63,990 nt of DNA, filler included, from Octopus bimaculoides (GCF_001194135.2; 5 parts of 5 records of this genome joined end to end with filler, not necessarily neighbours in it); one strand, 5' to 3'; positions 38,259 to 49,763 are shown, numbered from the whole stretch's first letter. The notes: generated by a model from the sequence alone, not told the origin. Numbers and translations: made by a program.

Positions 38259-40651
38259 NNNNNNNNNNNNNNNNNNNNNNNNNNNNNNNNNNNNNNNNNN
38301 NNNNNNNNNNNNNNNNNNNNNNNNNNNNNNNNNNNNNNNNNNNNNNNNNNNNNNNNNNNNNNNNNNNNNNNNNNNNNNNNNNNNNNNNNNNNNNNNNNNN
38401 NNNNNNNNNNNNNNNNNNNNNNNNNNNNNNNNNNNNNNNNNNNNNNNNNNNNNNNNNNNNNNNNNNNNNNNNNNNNNNNNNNNNNNNNNNNNNNNNNNNN
38501 NNNNNNNNNNNNNNNNNNNNNNNNNNNNNNNNNNNNNNNNNNNNNNNNNNNNNNNNNNNCACACATACACGCATACAGTCGCATACACACACGTACATAC
38601 ACACACACACATGCACATACACACACACACACACAATACACTCACACACACCATACACACACACACACCATACACTCACACACACCACACACTCACACAC
38701 ACCACACACACACACACACACAATACACTCACACACATATATCGTAGATTGTTGTTATTGTTGTTGTAGTAGTAATGGTGATGTTTGCGGTAGTGGTGGT
38801 TGCAGTGGTTGTGGTTGTGGTGGTAGTGGTAGAGGTGGTAATGACTGAAGTGTTGGTGTTGAGGTGGAGTTAGTATTGTTGTTGTAGATGTAAAAGAAAG
38901 GAAGTAACGCATATGTTGCGGTTAGGGGGCACTCATTATCGTAGGATTACGGTTTCGATTCCAGGACTGAACAACGAGTGTTGTTGTTGTTGTTGTTGTT
39001 TTATCCTTTTTTTCCCCCCTTGTTGAGCATAGGCCCGGTTTCCCGGTTTCTATGGCTGATGTGTTCCTCCCTAGCCGGACGGGACGCCAGTCCATCGCAG
39101 CGTTACTCAAGAAACAGAAAGGAAGAGTGAGAGAAAATTGGGGCGAACAAGTTCAACCAGGGGTTGGCACTACCACCTGCCAGAGCCTCATGGAGCTTTA
39201 GGTGTTTTCGCTCAATAAACACACGCAACGCCCGNNNNNNNNNNNNNNNNNNNNNNNNNNNNNNNNNNNNNNNNNNNNNNNNNNNNNNNNNNNNNNNNNN
39301 NNNNNNNNNNNNNNNNNNNNNNNNNNNNNNNNNNNNNNNNNNNNNNNNNNNNNNNNNNNNNNNNNNNNNNNNNNNNNNNNNNNNNNNNNNNNNNNNNNNN
39401 NNNNNNNNNNNNNNNNNNNNNNNNNNNNNNNNNNNNNNNNNNNNNNNNNNNNNNNNNNNNNNNNNNNNNNNNNNNNNNNNNNNNNNNNNNNNNNNNNNNN
39501 NNNNNNNNNNNNNNNNNNNNNNNNNNNNNNNNNNNNNNNNNNNNNNNNNNNNNNNNNNNNNNNNNNNNNNNNNNNNNNNNNNNNNNNNNNNNNNNNNNNN
39601 NNNNNNNNNNNNNNNNNNNNNNNNNNNNNNNNNNNNNNNNNNNNNNNNNNNNNNNNNNNNNNNNNNNNNNNNNNNNNNNNNNNNNNNNNNNNNNNNNNNN
39701 NNNNNNNNNNNNNNNNNNNNNNNNNNNNNNNNNNNNNNNNNNNNNNNNNNNNNNNNNNNNNNNNNNNNNNNNNNNNNNNNNNNNNNNNNNNNNNNNNNNN
39801 NNNNNNNNNNNNNNNNNNNNNNNNNNNNNNNNNNNNNNNNNNNNNNNNNNNNNNNNNNNNNNNNNNNNNNNNNNNNNNNNNNNNNNNNNNNNNNATATTT
39901 AAGAATTTAAGGAATGGAGAAAACGCATGTTATAATTGCATACTTTATTCCTACATATGTTTCAAAGGATTACAACCTGTGTGATCCATAGGGATCTTTG
40001 ATATTAAAATTGTAACCTTCTCATCAGGGAAAGCATGGGAATCATCTTAAACGTAAGACATTATGACCGATTATGAAAACAATAGATGGATAAGGTTATG
40101 ACTTGATTCATTTGAAAAAAACCCGTTAGAGAATTGGACGCTGCCGGATAGTGGGTTGGACAACACATACTTATAAATGTGAGAACGTACATGCATACAT
40201 AAATACACATACACAAACACACACATATATATATATAATATTAGTTATAGAATATAAACGCTGGGTTAACGAGTCAACGTATCACACCCCCTCAATGAAC
40301 ATATAAAGATATACAACATAATCCGTCGAACATAAGGAACAAGAAGAAATAACGCAAGAAAAATAATGTAAGAAGAAATAATAAATAAAAGAAGTAAGAT
40401 GCAAGAGATAGAATATATACTATAAAATATTATACACGAATATATTGTTTCAACCGATAACATAACATATTCTGAGCACTTCTCTTTGCAGCCCTGTATA
40501 AAATCTATTGGTTTCCTAATAAGAAACCATTAATATTATATATATATAAGTTCAAAAAATGGAAAAAGACAAAAAACAATAACAAAAAACAACAACGTGA
40601 GGACGTGATACAGATAGTGTTACTAGACGCTCGGGAAAGGAAAGAGAGAGA

Positions 40652-40686
40652 GTATGACGTTTCGAGCAGAGCTCTTCGTCGGAAAC
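40652..40686 (-). ncRNA. Minimal hammerhead-like motif in PLE-terminal-like repeat
   Basis: Minus strand gttt-CCGACGA-a-gagc-tct-gctc-GAAAC-GTC-atac, followed by ttcccgagcgtc as at 23267-23277. U4 is changed to C. Confidence 0.55.
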
Positions 40687-40910
40687 AAGGAAAGTCCAAA
40701 GAAGGGAAAAACGGAGGAAGAAAAATTCGCCACCGATGTCCACGAGGTTACATTATATATACCTCCTGGTATTCCGTCCATTACGACCATGCGGGTCCCA
40801 ATTGACTCAATCAACAGAACAGCCTGCTTATAAAATTAATATACAAGTGGCTGAGTATTCCGCAGACATGTGTACTATTAACGTATTTTCTCAGGGAGAC
40901 TCAGCGTGAC

Positions 40911-43105
40911 ACAGCTGGACAAAATGCTTACCGGCACTTCATCCGCATTTACGTTTTGGGTTCTAATTCCGCCGAGGTTGATTTTAAATCGGCGAGCTGG
41001 TAGAGCCGTTAGCACGGTGGACAAAACACTTAGCGGCATTTCATACGACTTTACGTTTTGGGTTCTAATTCCGCCGAGGTTGATTTTAAATCGGCGAGTT
41101 GGTAGAGCCGTTAGCACGGTGGACAAAACACTTAGCGGCATTTCATACGACTTCACATTTTGGGTTCAAATTCTGCCGGGATTGATTCTTAAGTAGGTTA
41201 GCTGGCAGAACCGTTAGCAGGCTGAGCAAAATGCTAAGCGGCATCTTTACGTTCTGTGTTCAAATTCCACCGAGGTTGATGTCAGTCGGTGACGTGGCAG
41301 AACCGTTAACAAGCTGAACAAAATGCTTAGCGGGATTCATCCTTTTTAACATTCTGAGTTGGAATTCTGTCAAGGTCGACTTCGCCTTTTATTCTTTCAG
41401 GATCGATAAAATAGGTGTTGCGAGGTTGCATAATTGTTACACCGCCAGACAAAATGCTGAGCGGTTATTAATCCGTCATCACCTTCTGAGTTCAAATTCC
41501 ATCAAGATCGACTGCATCATTCATTCTCTCGGGGTCCATAAAATATATATTGCGGGCTAGCAGGATCGTTACCTGGCCGGGCAAAATGCTAAGCGGCGTT
41601 CATCAGTCATTATGTTCTGATTTCAAATTCCAAGGAGGTTGCTTTTAAGTCGGCGCACTGGAAGAACCGTTAACACGCCGGACAAAATGCATAGCGGCAT
41701 TTATCTGTCTTTACGTAAAAAAATAAATAATAAATGCGCCCTTTTTAAAGCCTAGCCAGGCTCATGGGCCCGGTTTCCCGGTTTTAATGACGTATGTGTT
41801 CCCCAGCTGGACAGGACGCCAGTCCATCACAGCGTTACTCATTTTTGCCAGTTGAGTGGACCGGAGCAACATGTAATAAAGTGTTTTGCTCAAGAACACA
41901 ACGCATCGCCCGGTTCAGGAATTGAAACCAGAATCTTACGATCATGATGCTGACACTTCTAACCACTAAGCCACGCGCCTCCACTTGTCTTTACGTACTG
42001 AGATCAAATTCCACCGAGATCGACTTTGTCTTCCATCTTTTTGGGATCGATAAAATACTTATTGCCAGCTTAGCAGAATCGTTACTTCGCCGAGCAAAAT
42101 GCATAGCGTCATTCATCTATCTTCACGTTCTGAATTCAGAATCCGCCGAGGTTGGTCTCAAGTCGGCGAGCTGGTAGACCCGTTACACGCTGACAAAATG
42201 CTCAGCAATATTTCATCTCTCTCTACATTCTGGGTTCGAATTCCGCCGAGGTTGATTTTTAAGTCGGTTATCTGGAAGAACGGTTAGCACACTGGACAAA
42301 ATGCTTAGCAGGATTCATCCTCCTTTTCGCCCTGCGTTCTAATTCCGCCAAGGTCGACTTCACCTTTCATCATTTCACAGTTGTTAAAATAAGTATCGCA
42401 AGCTAGCAGAGTCGTTCCCGGGCAAAATGCGTAGCGGCATTCATCCGTCTTCACGTTTTGAGTTCAAAATCCGTCGAGATCGACTGTGTCATTCATTCTT
42501 TTGGGGCCGATAAAATATGTATTGTAGGCTCGCAGAATCGTTACCTCGTCAGGAAAATTCCTTAGCGTCATTCATTCATCTTTATGATCTGAGTTCAAAT
42601 TCCACCGTGGTTGGTTTTCAGTCGGCGCACTGGCGAAACTGTTAGCACGCTGGACAAAATGCTTCGAAGCATTCATCCGTCTTTATGTTCTTAGTTCAAA
42701 TTCCGCCGAGGTCGACTTCACCTTTTATCATTTTGGAGTCGATAAAATACCTGTTGCAAGCTAGCAGAATCGTTAGCTCGCCAGGTAAAATGTTTTGCGG
42801 CGTTCATTCGACTTTATGTTCTTAGTTCAAATTCTGCCGAGGCCGGTTTTAAGTCGGCGAACTGGCAGAACCACGCTCGACAAAATGATTAGCGGCATTT
42901 CATCCGTATACGTTCTGAGTTCAAATTCCGCCGAGCTGGATTTTAAGTCGGCGAGTTGGCAGAACCGTTAGCATGCTAGACAAGATGCTTAGCGGCATTC
43001 ATCCGTTTTTCGATAAAATACATATTGCGTGCTAGCAGAAACGTTACGTCACCGTCAGAAACGCTAGCACGCCGGACGAAATGCTTAGCGGTATTTCGTC
43101 TGTGT
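40911..43105 (+). repeat. Tandem array of about 19 SINE family A 5' fragments (short about 95-102 bp, long about 125-138 bp)
   Basis: Typical unit has (t/c)(a/g)gcagaa(t/c)cgttagc...caaaatgcttagcggcatt...gttcaaattcc. Short units end gattttaagtc; long units end gataaaata..ttgc. Confidence 0.92.
41718..41985 (-). mobile_element. SINE family C inserted in the array
   Basis: 12-bp TSD tgtctttacgta at 41706-41717 and 41986-41997. Confidence 0.92.
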
Positions 43106-43429
43106 GACACCGGTTGAGGTGATAAGCGGTGTAGCGACTCCGTGAGATTGGATTGTTACTAGTTATTTGAGTGCGTCTGTACAGTAAGATGGTTACCTGT
43201 AAACTGACAATAGATAAGTTACATAGTCAGGGATCTGGCTACTGGAAACTCAATACGTCCCTTTTGGCGATTGAGGAATACAGAAATCGGATCAAGATGT
43301 TAATTCAGAGGGCATTAACAGGTACCATCATTAATAACAAATGGTGGTACGCCCTAAAAAGAGCCATCAAATATGAGTCTATTAGGTTTAGCATAAGTTT
43401 AGCTAAGAAGGGACGTAGAATAGGAGATG
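43105..43429 (+). pseudogene. L1/Tx1-clade LINE ORF2 fragment (post-endonuclease region)
   Basis: GSGYWKLNTSLLAIEEYRNRIKMLI...KWWYALKRAIKYESIRFS fits the L1/Tx1 motif G.GYWKLN.SLL...WW..LK..IK. Confidence 0.8.
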
Positions 43430-43570
43430 NNNNNNNNNNNNNNNNNNNNNNNNNNNNNNNNNNNNNNNNNNNNTTAATTAATTAANNNNNNNNNNNNNNN
43501 NNNNNNNNNNNNNNNNNNNNNNNNNNNNNCGGTGTAGCACATCCATGTTGTTATTCAGCCCGGTGCTATC

Positions 43571-43632
<62 letters not shown>

Positions 43633-43694
43633 GAAAGGATTCAAGTATCTCCTCCTGAAGATATAGAGTCAAAATTAAAAGAAGAGTGCCATTG

Positions 43695-43929
43695 ATATCT
43701 AGTGAACGATATTTCGACATCTTGTGTGTCTTCAATTGGTTCAAAAAATAAATTTGTCAAACTACTTCATTTTGATTAATATAGAAAGGATTGAGATAAC
43801 TCCTCCTGAAGATATAGAGTCAAAATTAATCAATTCTTTCTATATTAACCAAAATGAAGTAGATTGACAAATTTATTTTTTGAACCAGTTGAAGACACAC
43901 AAGATGTCGAAATATCGTTCACTAGATAT
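43695..43929. repeat. Fold-back inverted repeat, 100-bp arms, 35-nt spacer
   Basis: 43695-43794 versus 43830-43929, 4 mismatches. The spacer region is a direct repeat of 43629-43678. Confidence 0.92.
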
Positions 43930-44927
43930 TATTATTAATATTATTATCATTATTTGGTTTGACTGAGGTTCGGTCTTATTCCTAGTAGAATTTATGTGGA
44001 TAACAGGTTGCTACCTATAACCTTAGGTATCCACAAGTTTTCACCAGTCTTTCAAGTGCTTAGAACCCTCCTGATAATCCTTGTAGACCCTAAGAGACAA
44101 AAACTTGCTGTAGGAGCTCTATAGGGCTTTCAACCATTTGTCTATATCTTTGCTTACTGTTCCCAACGCACCAATTATCATAGGCACGACCTTGACAGTT
44201 GTCATACTCCTTCAAATATTAAGGGATTGTACTTTTTTTTTTTGTCCCCTTTCTTTTCGATCCTGGAATCAAACGAGCATGATGGGTGGATCAGTAAGCA
44301 ACTTCGCTTTCCCTTATCTATAATTGTTATGTCCGGTCTATTATTTTCAAAAGTCTTGTCCGTTTGGATAGGAAAGCCCAACAAAATCTTACATTTCTCA
44401 GACTCCAATACTCTTTCGACTCAATGATGGTACCATGTGTTTTCAGTGTAAAACTTTTACAACTTAGTCATACCTCCATTACTTATATTCTTCCTATGCC
44501 AATCCGGGTCATTCTGCCATAATGTGTGCCACTGTCTCGTTCCAAGTTCCACAGGTTCTACATTTTTCTGACATATTCTCTCCAGATATATTTTTTCTCA
44601 ATTTGTTTCTTTTTATCGCCTGGACTTGAGATGCTACAATTAAGCTTTCTGTCTCTTTTTTTAATTGCCCCTTTTAAAACTAAGCCCAGGATTTTGTTCC
44701 ACATACATCTTCAGTGGCTCTCTAAAATTGTCCATGCAGAGGTTTTTCTTCGATCTGACGTGTCTGATGTGCTCTGTTTGTATTTCATTCTTGTCGTTTT
44801 TTGTTGTTGTTTTTTCTTCTCTCCTATTACACGCATGATCGCCTGTTCTTCATTTACTGTCTTTAGTAGTTTTTCTGTGCTGCTCTGTAAATACTCTACT
44901 AAGCATTTTTTCCATCTTCAGATGGAA
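43930..44927 (-). mobile_element. R4/Dong-clade non-LTR retrotransposon 3' relic
   Basis: KPLHGQF, LKKETESLIVASQVQAI, CCHC knuckle CRTCGTWNETVAHIMAE(C), RLE motif NRPDITIIDK...LLI, VVPMIIGALGTV, CLLGSTRIIRRVL, stop at 44052-44054, then 3' UTR and taa-rich tail. Confidence 0.85.
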
Positions 44928-44950
44928 GCGCTCATAACCACTACGCCCAT

Positions 44951-45021
44951 GGGCATATGGCGTCGTGGTAAAGAGTGCGGGTTACTAACCCCAAGATTCC
45001 GAATTCGATTCCAGGCAGTGA

Positions 45022-45101
<80 letters not shown>

Positions 45102-45290
45102 TCGAAAAATACCTTAGGAATGAGAACCCAGATTGGAAATTTCCCCAAGACACCTGATGAAGGCTGGAGGGTATATCAGCTGAAACGTTGTGTAAACAAC
45201 AAACAAGATGAGGGCAAATATCCTTCAATTGTAAATAATGTAAATAATGTGCATAATTCCTCATCTCTTAAATATAGAACTGAACAAGTA
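44951..45290 (+). mobile_element. Composite element: tRNA-like head, (AAT)n, hammerhead-bearing tail
   Basis: A box tggcgtcgtgg (44958-44968), B-box-like aattcgattcc (45002-45012), (AAT)n to about 45099, hammerhead at 45150-45193. Confidence 0.75.
45150..45193 (+). ncRNA. Minimal type I hammerhead ribozyme motif
   Basis: acac-CTGATGA-a-ggctg-gagggtatat-cagct-GAAAC-GTT-gtgt. Intact core, stem I acac/gtgt, 5-bp stem II, palindromic ACGT stem III. Confidence 0.75.
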
Positions 45291-45796
45291 TATATTTGCA
45301 CACATCACTGCTTAGCGCCTCTAATACATATTAAAAGAGTTATAAAGAATAAAGGTACATAGTGCTTAGCTGGTACTATAATATATTGACATTTAAAGGA
45401 AGAAAAACAAGATGACCTCGGTGGAATTGAAAATCAACGTTTGCTTTTGTGTTTAATTGTTTGTAACAGCCTATCGATTTTTGCCAATCCACCACAGCAG
45501 AAATAGTGACAGAAAAAATTAAACAAGGGAAGTAACTTTTAGCTGTCTTAAAATATCACTTTGCGCCAGTTATTCCACAGTTGTCTCCACTTATAATATT
45601 TAATGTTTTGTTTTTCTTTCTATATTGTAATACATTTGTGTCTAATTTTTCTGTAGCTGTTGTCCTGTATTGTATGTCTTTTAATATATTCTTAATTCCT
45701 ATTTTATTCTCAGTGTTTAAAACATAACAATAATTTTAATACGTTGAAAAAAATTGAAGTTGATTGGTATGGAATGACAAGTCACACAGTTCTCTG

Positions 45797-46045
45797 TGTG
45801 GCTTAGTGGTTAGGGTGTCAGCATCATGATCGTAAGATTGTGGTTTCGATTCCTAGACCGGGCGACGCGATGTTCTCTTGAGTAAAACACTTCATTTCAC
45901 GTTGCTCCAGTTTACCCAGCTGGCAAAAATGAGTAACGCTGCGATGGACTAGCGTCCCATACAGCCGGAGAACACATACGTCATAGAAACGGGAAAATCG
46001 GACCCATGAATCTGGCTAGGCTTTAAAAGAGCGCATTTATTTTTA
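45797..46045 (+). mobile_element. tRNA-derived SINE, family C
   Basis: tggcttagtgg A box, gtttcgattcc B box, core cttgagtaaaacacttcatttcacgttgctccag. Confidence 0.88.
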
Positions 46046-46059
46046 TTTTTTACAATAGG

Positions 46060-46245
46060 TGCAACGTCTGATGTCTTGGGGAAGTGGGTAAGCCGATTAC
46101 ATCGACTCCAGTGCTCAAATGGTACTTATTTCAACGACCTCGAAAGGATGAAAGGCAAAGCTAACCTCAGTGGAATTTGAACTCAGGACGTAAAGGCGGA
46201 CGAAATGCCACGAAGCATTTTGTCAGGTGCGCTAACTATTTTGTC
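46060..46245 (-). mobile_element. SINE family A
   Basis: aaaggatgaaaggcaaag...gaatttgaactcaggacgt. Confidence 0.8.
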
Positions 46246-46716
46246 AAATGTGTTATACGTTTTATGTCACAGAATAGTATTTACAATCTGTAGTAATTAC
46301 ATACGTAGGTGTAATGGCGGATGTAGGATCATCATATGTATATTTACAACAACCATCGCACCAATGCTACTGAAACGAAACACCATAACATAATATGTTG
46401 AGAGATATTTCTCTAACCCACACACACTGTTGACCTTCGTATATCCGAAGGTTCGATTTTTGTCCCCAGTACTTTTCTTCCTATACACCAAACGCCTAGA
46501 CTATCACCACTTCCGACAACAGCCGCTCCTATGTAGACGTTACCATTTTTCATTCTTCCCAAAATCTTCCGCACTCATGTCTCAAACATATACAGTTTAA
46601 ACGCCTCACATCAGACATCGAAAATACGAAAATATCCTCCTATCACTGTGAAACATGTGGGCTCAATGTTGTCTCCAATCACTGCACATATCACAGAAAC
46701 ATTATCGCACTTCAGT

Positions 46717-46971
46717 TAAAGGTAAAGTTACCTTCTCGAGTCATACCGACGCATAAGGACGGTTTCCCGGTTTCATGGCGTATATATTCCCTACTTGGAC
46801 GGGATGCCGGTCCGTCGCACGATTACTAATTTTTGCCAGCTAAGTAGAGTGGATCAATATGAAATGAAGTACTTTGCTCAAGAACACACTGCATCGCCCG
46901 GTCTAGGAATCGAAACCACAATCTTATGATCATGAGTCCAACGCCCTAACCACTAAGCCACGCGCCTCCAC
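46717..46971 (-). mobile_element. SINE family C
   Basis: Ends ccactaagccacgcgcctccac; co-linear with 41718-41985 except at the 3' tail. Confidence 0.88.
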
Positions 46972-48056
46972 AGCCCTTTATAATAAATAGCACTCAACTA
47001 GAGCCCTCAAGATAACTACACTGTTGGACCTCACCATCACTGAGGGTCTCTCGTGACAAAATCGCATCATCATCATAGCAAAGACAAATCCTTCCTTTTC
47101 AGAGCCATTTATTATTTCATCCCCCAAGAACCATTAGTTCTCTACAAAGAGAACTCAGATGCTACCCGCAATAGAGTACTGATCTCTCATTGGGGCGGTG
47201 CTGCTGCCACCTATACACACATCTTAGACGGTATCCAAAGAACGGCCACCTGACTCACTGGTATGATGTCATTCACCAGCACACTACAGCTTTCCACTAG
47301 CCCATATACGTCCTGTGTCCTCTCTACACATTTTCTATCACTACCACAGTGACCACATCTTTTATCTACAGCTTTTGACTTGTAACTGCTCAAAAGGATC
47401 GTTAACTCGGTCGATCTCATACGAAGACACCAGTAGAAACTTCTTTCTCCAGATCCATCCAAGGTAATATGTGTGTATATACATGCGCGCGCGCGTGTGT
47501 GTGTGTGTGTTCGTGTACACATATACTCAGACACATACACATGTATATGACGAATGTGAAGGTACATGTCCTAGTGATTAGGATGTTAGTTTTGTGATCG
47601 CAAGATTGTTGGTTCGATTCCTAGACTGGGCATTGTGATGTGTCTTTGAGCAAGGCATTTCATTTCAAGTTGTTCCATTCTACACAGCTGAAAAGAAGTG
47701 CAGACCTACAGCTGGTGCAATTTTCTATCGTTTTTAAACTGTCATATACTGAATGCTCCGCCGCTGAGTCAAAGGGTGTACATACTTCTCGCGAATATAT
47801 AGGCACCTAAAGCAATTAACGAAAGTGTGTTACAAGCTAACAGGAAGTACTCGCTTGCGAGTGACGGCTAAGCAAAGACATATGAGGGGAACGATCACAA
47901 CAACTGACCACAACCATTCTAACCTTTGTCGGAATCCTAATCAATACCGCGACCATGGCTGCAATGTTCCAACAATAACCACTAAATACAAACAACACTC
48001 ACAATCATATTCGATGTGAAGACCCCGACTGCAAACATAACATTTCCCAAGATTAC

Positions 48057-48189
48057 CAATGTGTACCATCAGTGTCATTAGCTCGATCATTCTCCGAGAG
48101 GAAGCAAGTGACAGAAAGCAAACAGAACCACACTGACCGTAGAAATACCATTTCAACAAAGCAAAAGTTCTTCCATTCCGCCATCTTGT
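48057..48189 (-). CDS. Candidate exon with signal-peptide-like frame
   Basis: Acceptor ttgttaatttcctgcag, CAAGATGGCGG, frame MAEWKNFCFVEMVFLRSVWFCLLSVTCFLSENDRANDTDGTH, donor ttg|gtaatc. No homology recognised. Confidence 0.2.
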
Positions 48190-48436
48190 CTGCAGGAAAT
48201 TAACAAGGGCAATCTGCCATATTTGACATCGTCTCTAAGAAATTATGGTTTTGTTATGGAGCTACTGGCTCGGGAAACTGCTTTCGCCACAATGGATGCA
48301 GGCTTAAGTTACGTTATTTACATATATATTTGTGTGTGTGTGTACGTGTGTATATATGTATGTGTGTGTGTGTGTGTGTGTGTAGCTAGCTAGATAGATA
48401 GATAGACATGTATATGTATATGTATATATATGTATG

Positions 48437-48484
<48 letters not shown>

Positions 48485-48652
48485 TATAAATATAATATAT
48501 ATATGTATATATATACATATATATATAATATATATAAATGTATGTATGCATATATATATATATATATAAATGTATGTATGCATATATATACATATACATA
48601 TATATACTTGCATATATGTGTATACATAAAAATATTCATATATAAATGTATG

Positions 48653-48704
<52 letters not shown>

Positions 48705-48947
48705 CACATATAGATATGTGTGTGTATGTGTGTGTGAGGGTGTGTGTGTGTTTATTTGCGTGGTCATATGATCTAAAGTGTATACGTGTTGACGTATACA
48801 TATGTGCGTATAATTACAAATAATATATTAGAACATGCCTAAACACAAACACACACACAAACACATACGCACGCGCATACACACACACACACAAATACAC
48901 GCACACACGCATACATATACACAGATAAAGATTATCAATGTATGTGC

Positions 48948-48981
<34 letters not shown>

Positions 48982-48986
48982 TGACT

Positions 48987-49024
<38 letters not shown>

Positions 49025-49726
49025 TAGAGAGATAGATATAAATACATGTGTGTGTGTGTGAGTAAGTGTGTATGTGTGTGTGTGTGTGTGCGTGTGTGTG
49101 TGCGCGCGCGCGCGGTTAAGAAATTCGATTCACAATCAGCAGGACCCGGATTCGATCCTACTGCACGATACAGCAACTTGGCCCAATGTCTTTTACTGTT
49201 GCCTCGAGTCGGCCCAAACTTTATGAGTGTAAGCAGATCCACAGAAACTGTACGGAATCCTATCTGATCGACTGTAACTATGATTCAAAAGTCCAGCCAA
49301 GTCGCACTGATGTGTCAAGCTCATTCTGTTTGAGGATTACATTATTCGGACACAACCCCTCGGAATAGTCAGCTTATTAACGTATATAAGTATACGTTAA
49401 TATTTCATAAATCATTTGTGCAGTTGAGTGAACAACTGGATGCTCAACGGTCGTCTTTGATGCAGGCATCCACCTTGGTTCTCCTGATTGTCGTTTTTAA
49501 TTCTTCATTGTATTTAAACCGTATGATTAACGGTTACGCAGAATTCCTCTGGATTCAATATCGGAAATCCAACTTAGAACTTTACATTGGATTATTGTCA
49601 TGATTACTTTTGTATTTTGTACTTCACGTAACCTTCCGCAACCTTCTTATCTCTTTTTATTTTTCTCTTCTTTCTATCATTTTTGTTTTTCCCTTCTCTC
49701 TATGATTCTCTCCACGATTCTCTCTT

Positions 49727-49763
49727 TCTTCTGATGAAGAACTAACATCCGAAATGTTAAAAC
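49727..49763 (+). ncRNA. Degenerate hammerhead-like motif
   Basis: CTGATGA-agaactaacatcc-GAAA-tGTTA after a pyrimidine-rich tract; stem II decayed. Confidence 0.35.

Noticed and set aside
40911-43105. CRISPR-like or tRNA-gene-cluster interpretation of the array
   Set aside because: No unique spacers between conserved repeats, no cas genes, eukaryotic context; units are SINE fragments and do not fold as tRNAs.
44526-45026. 166-aa plus-strand ORF
   Set aside because: Antisense shadow of the R4/Dong relic.
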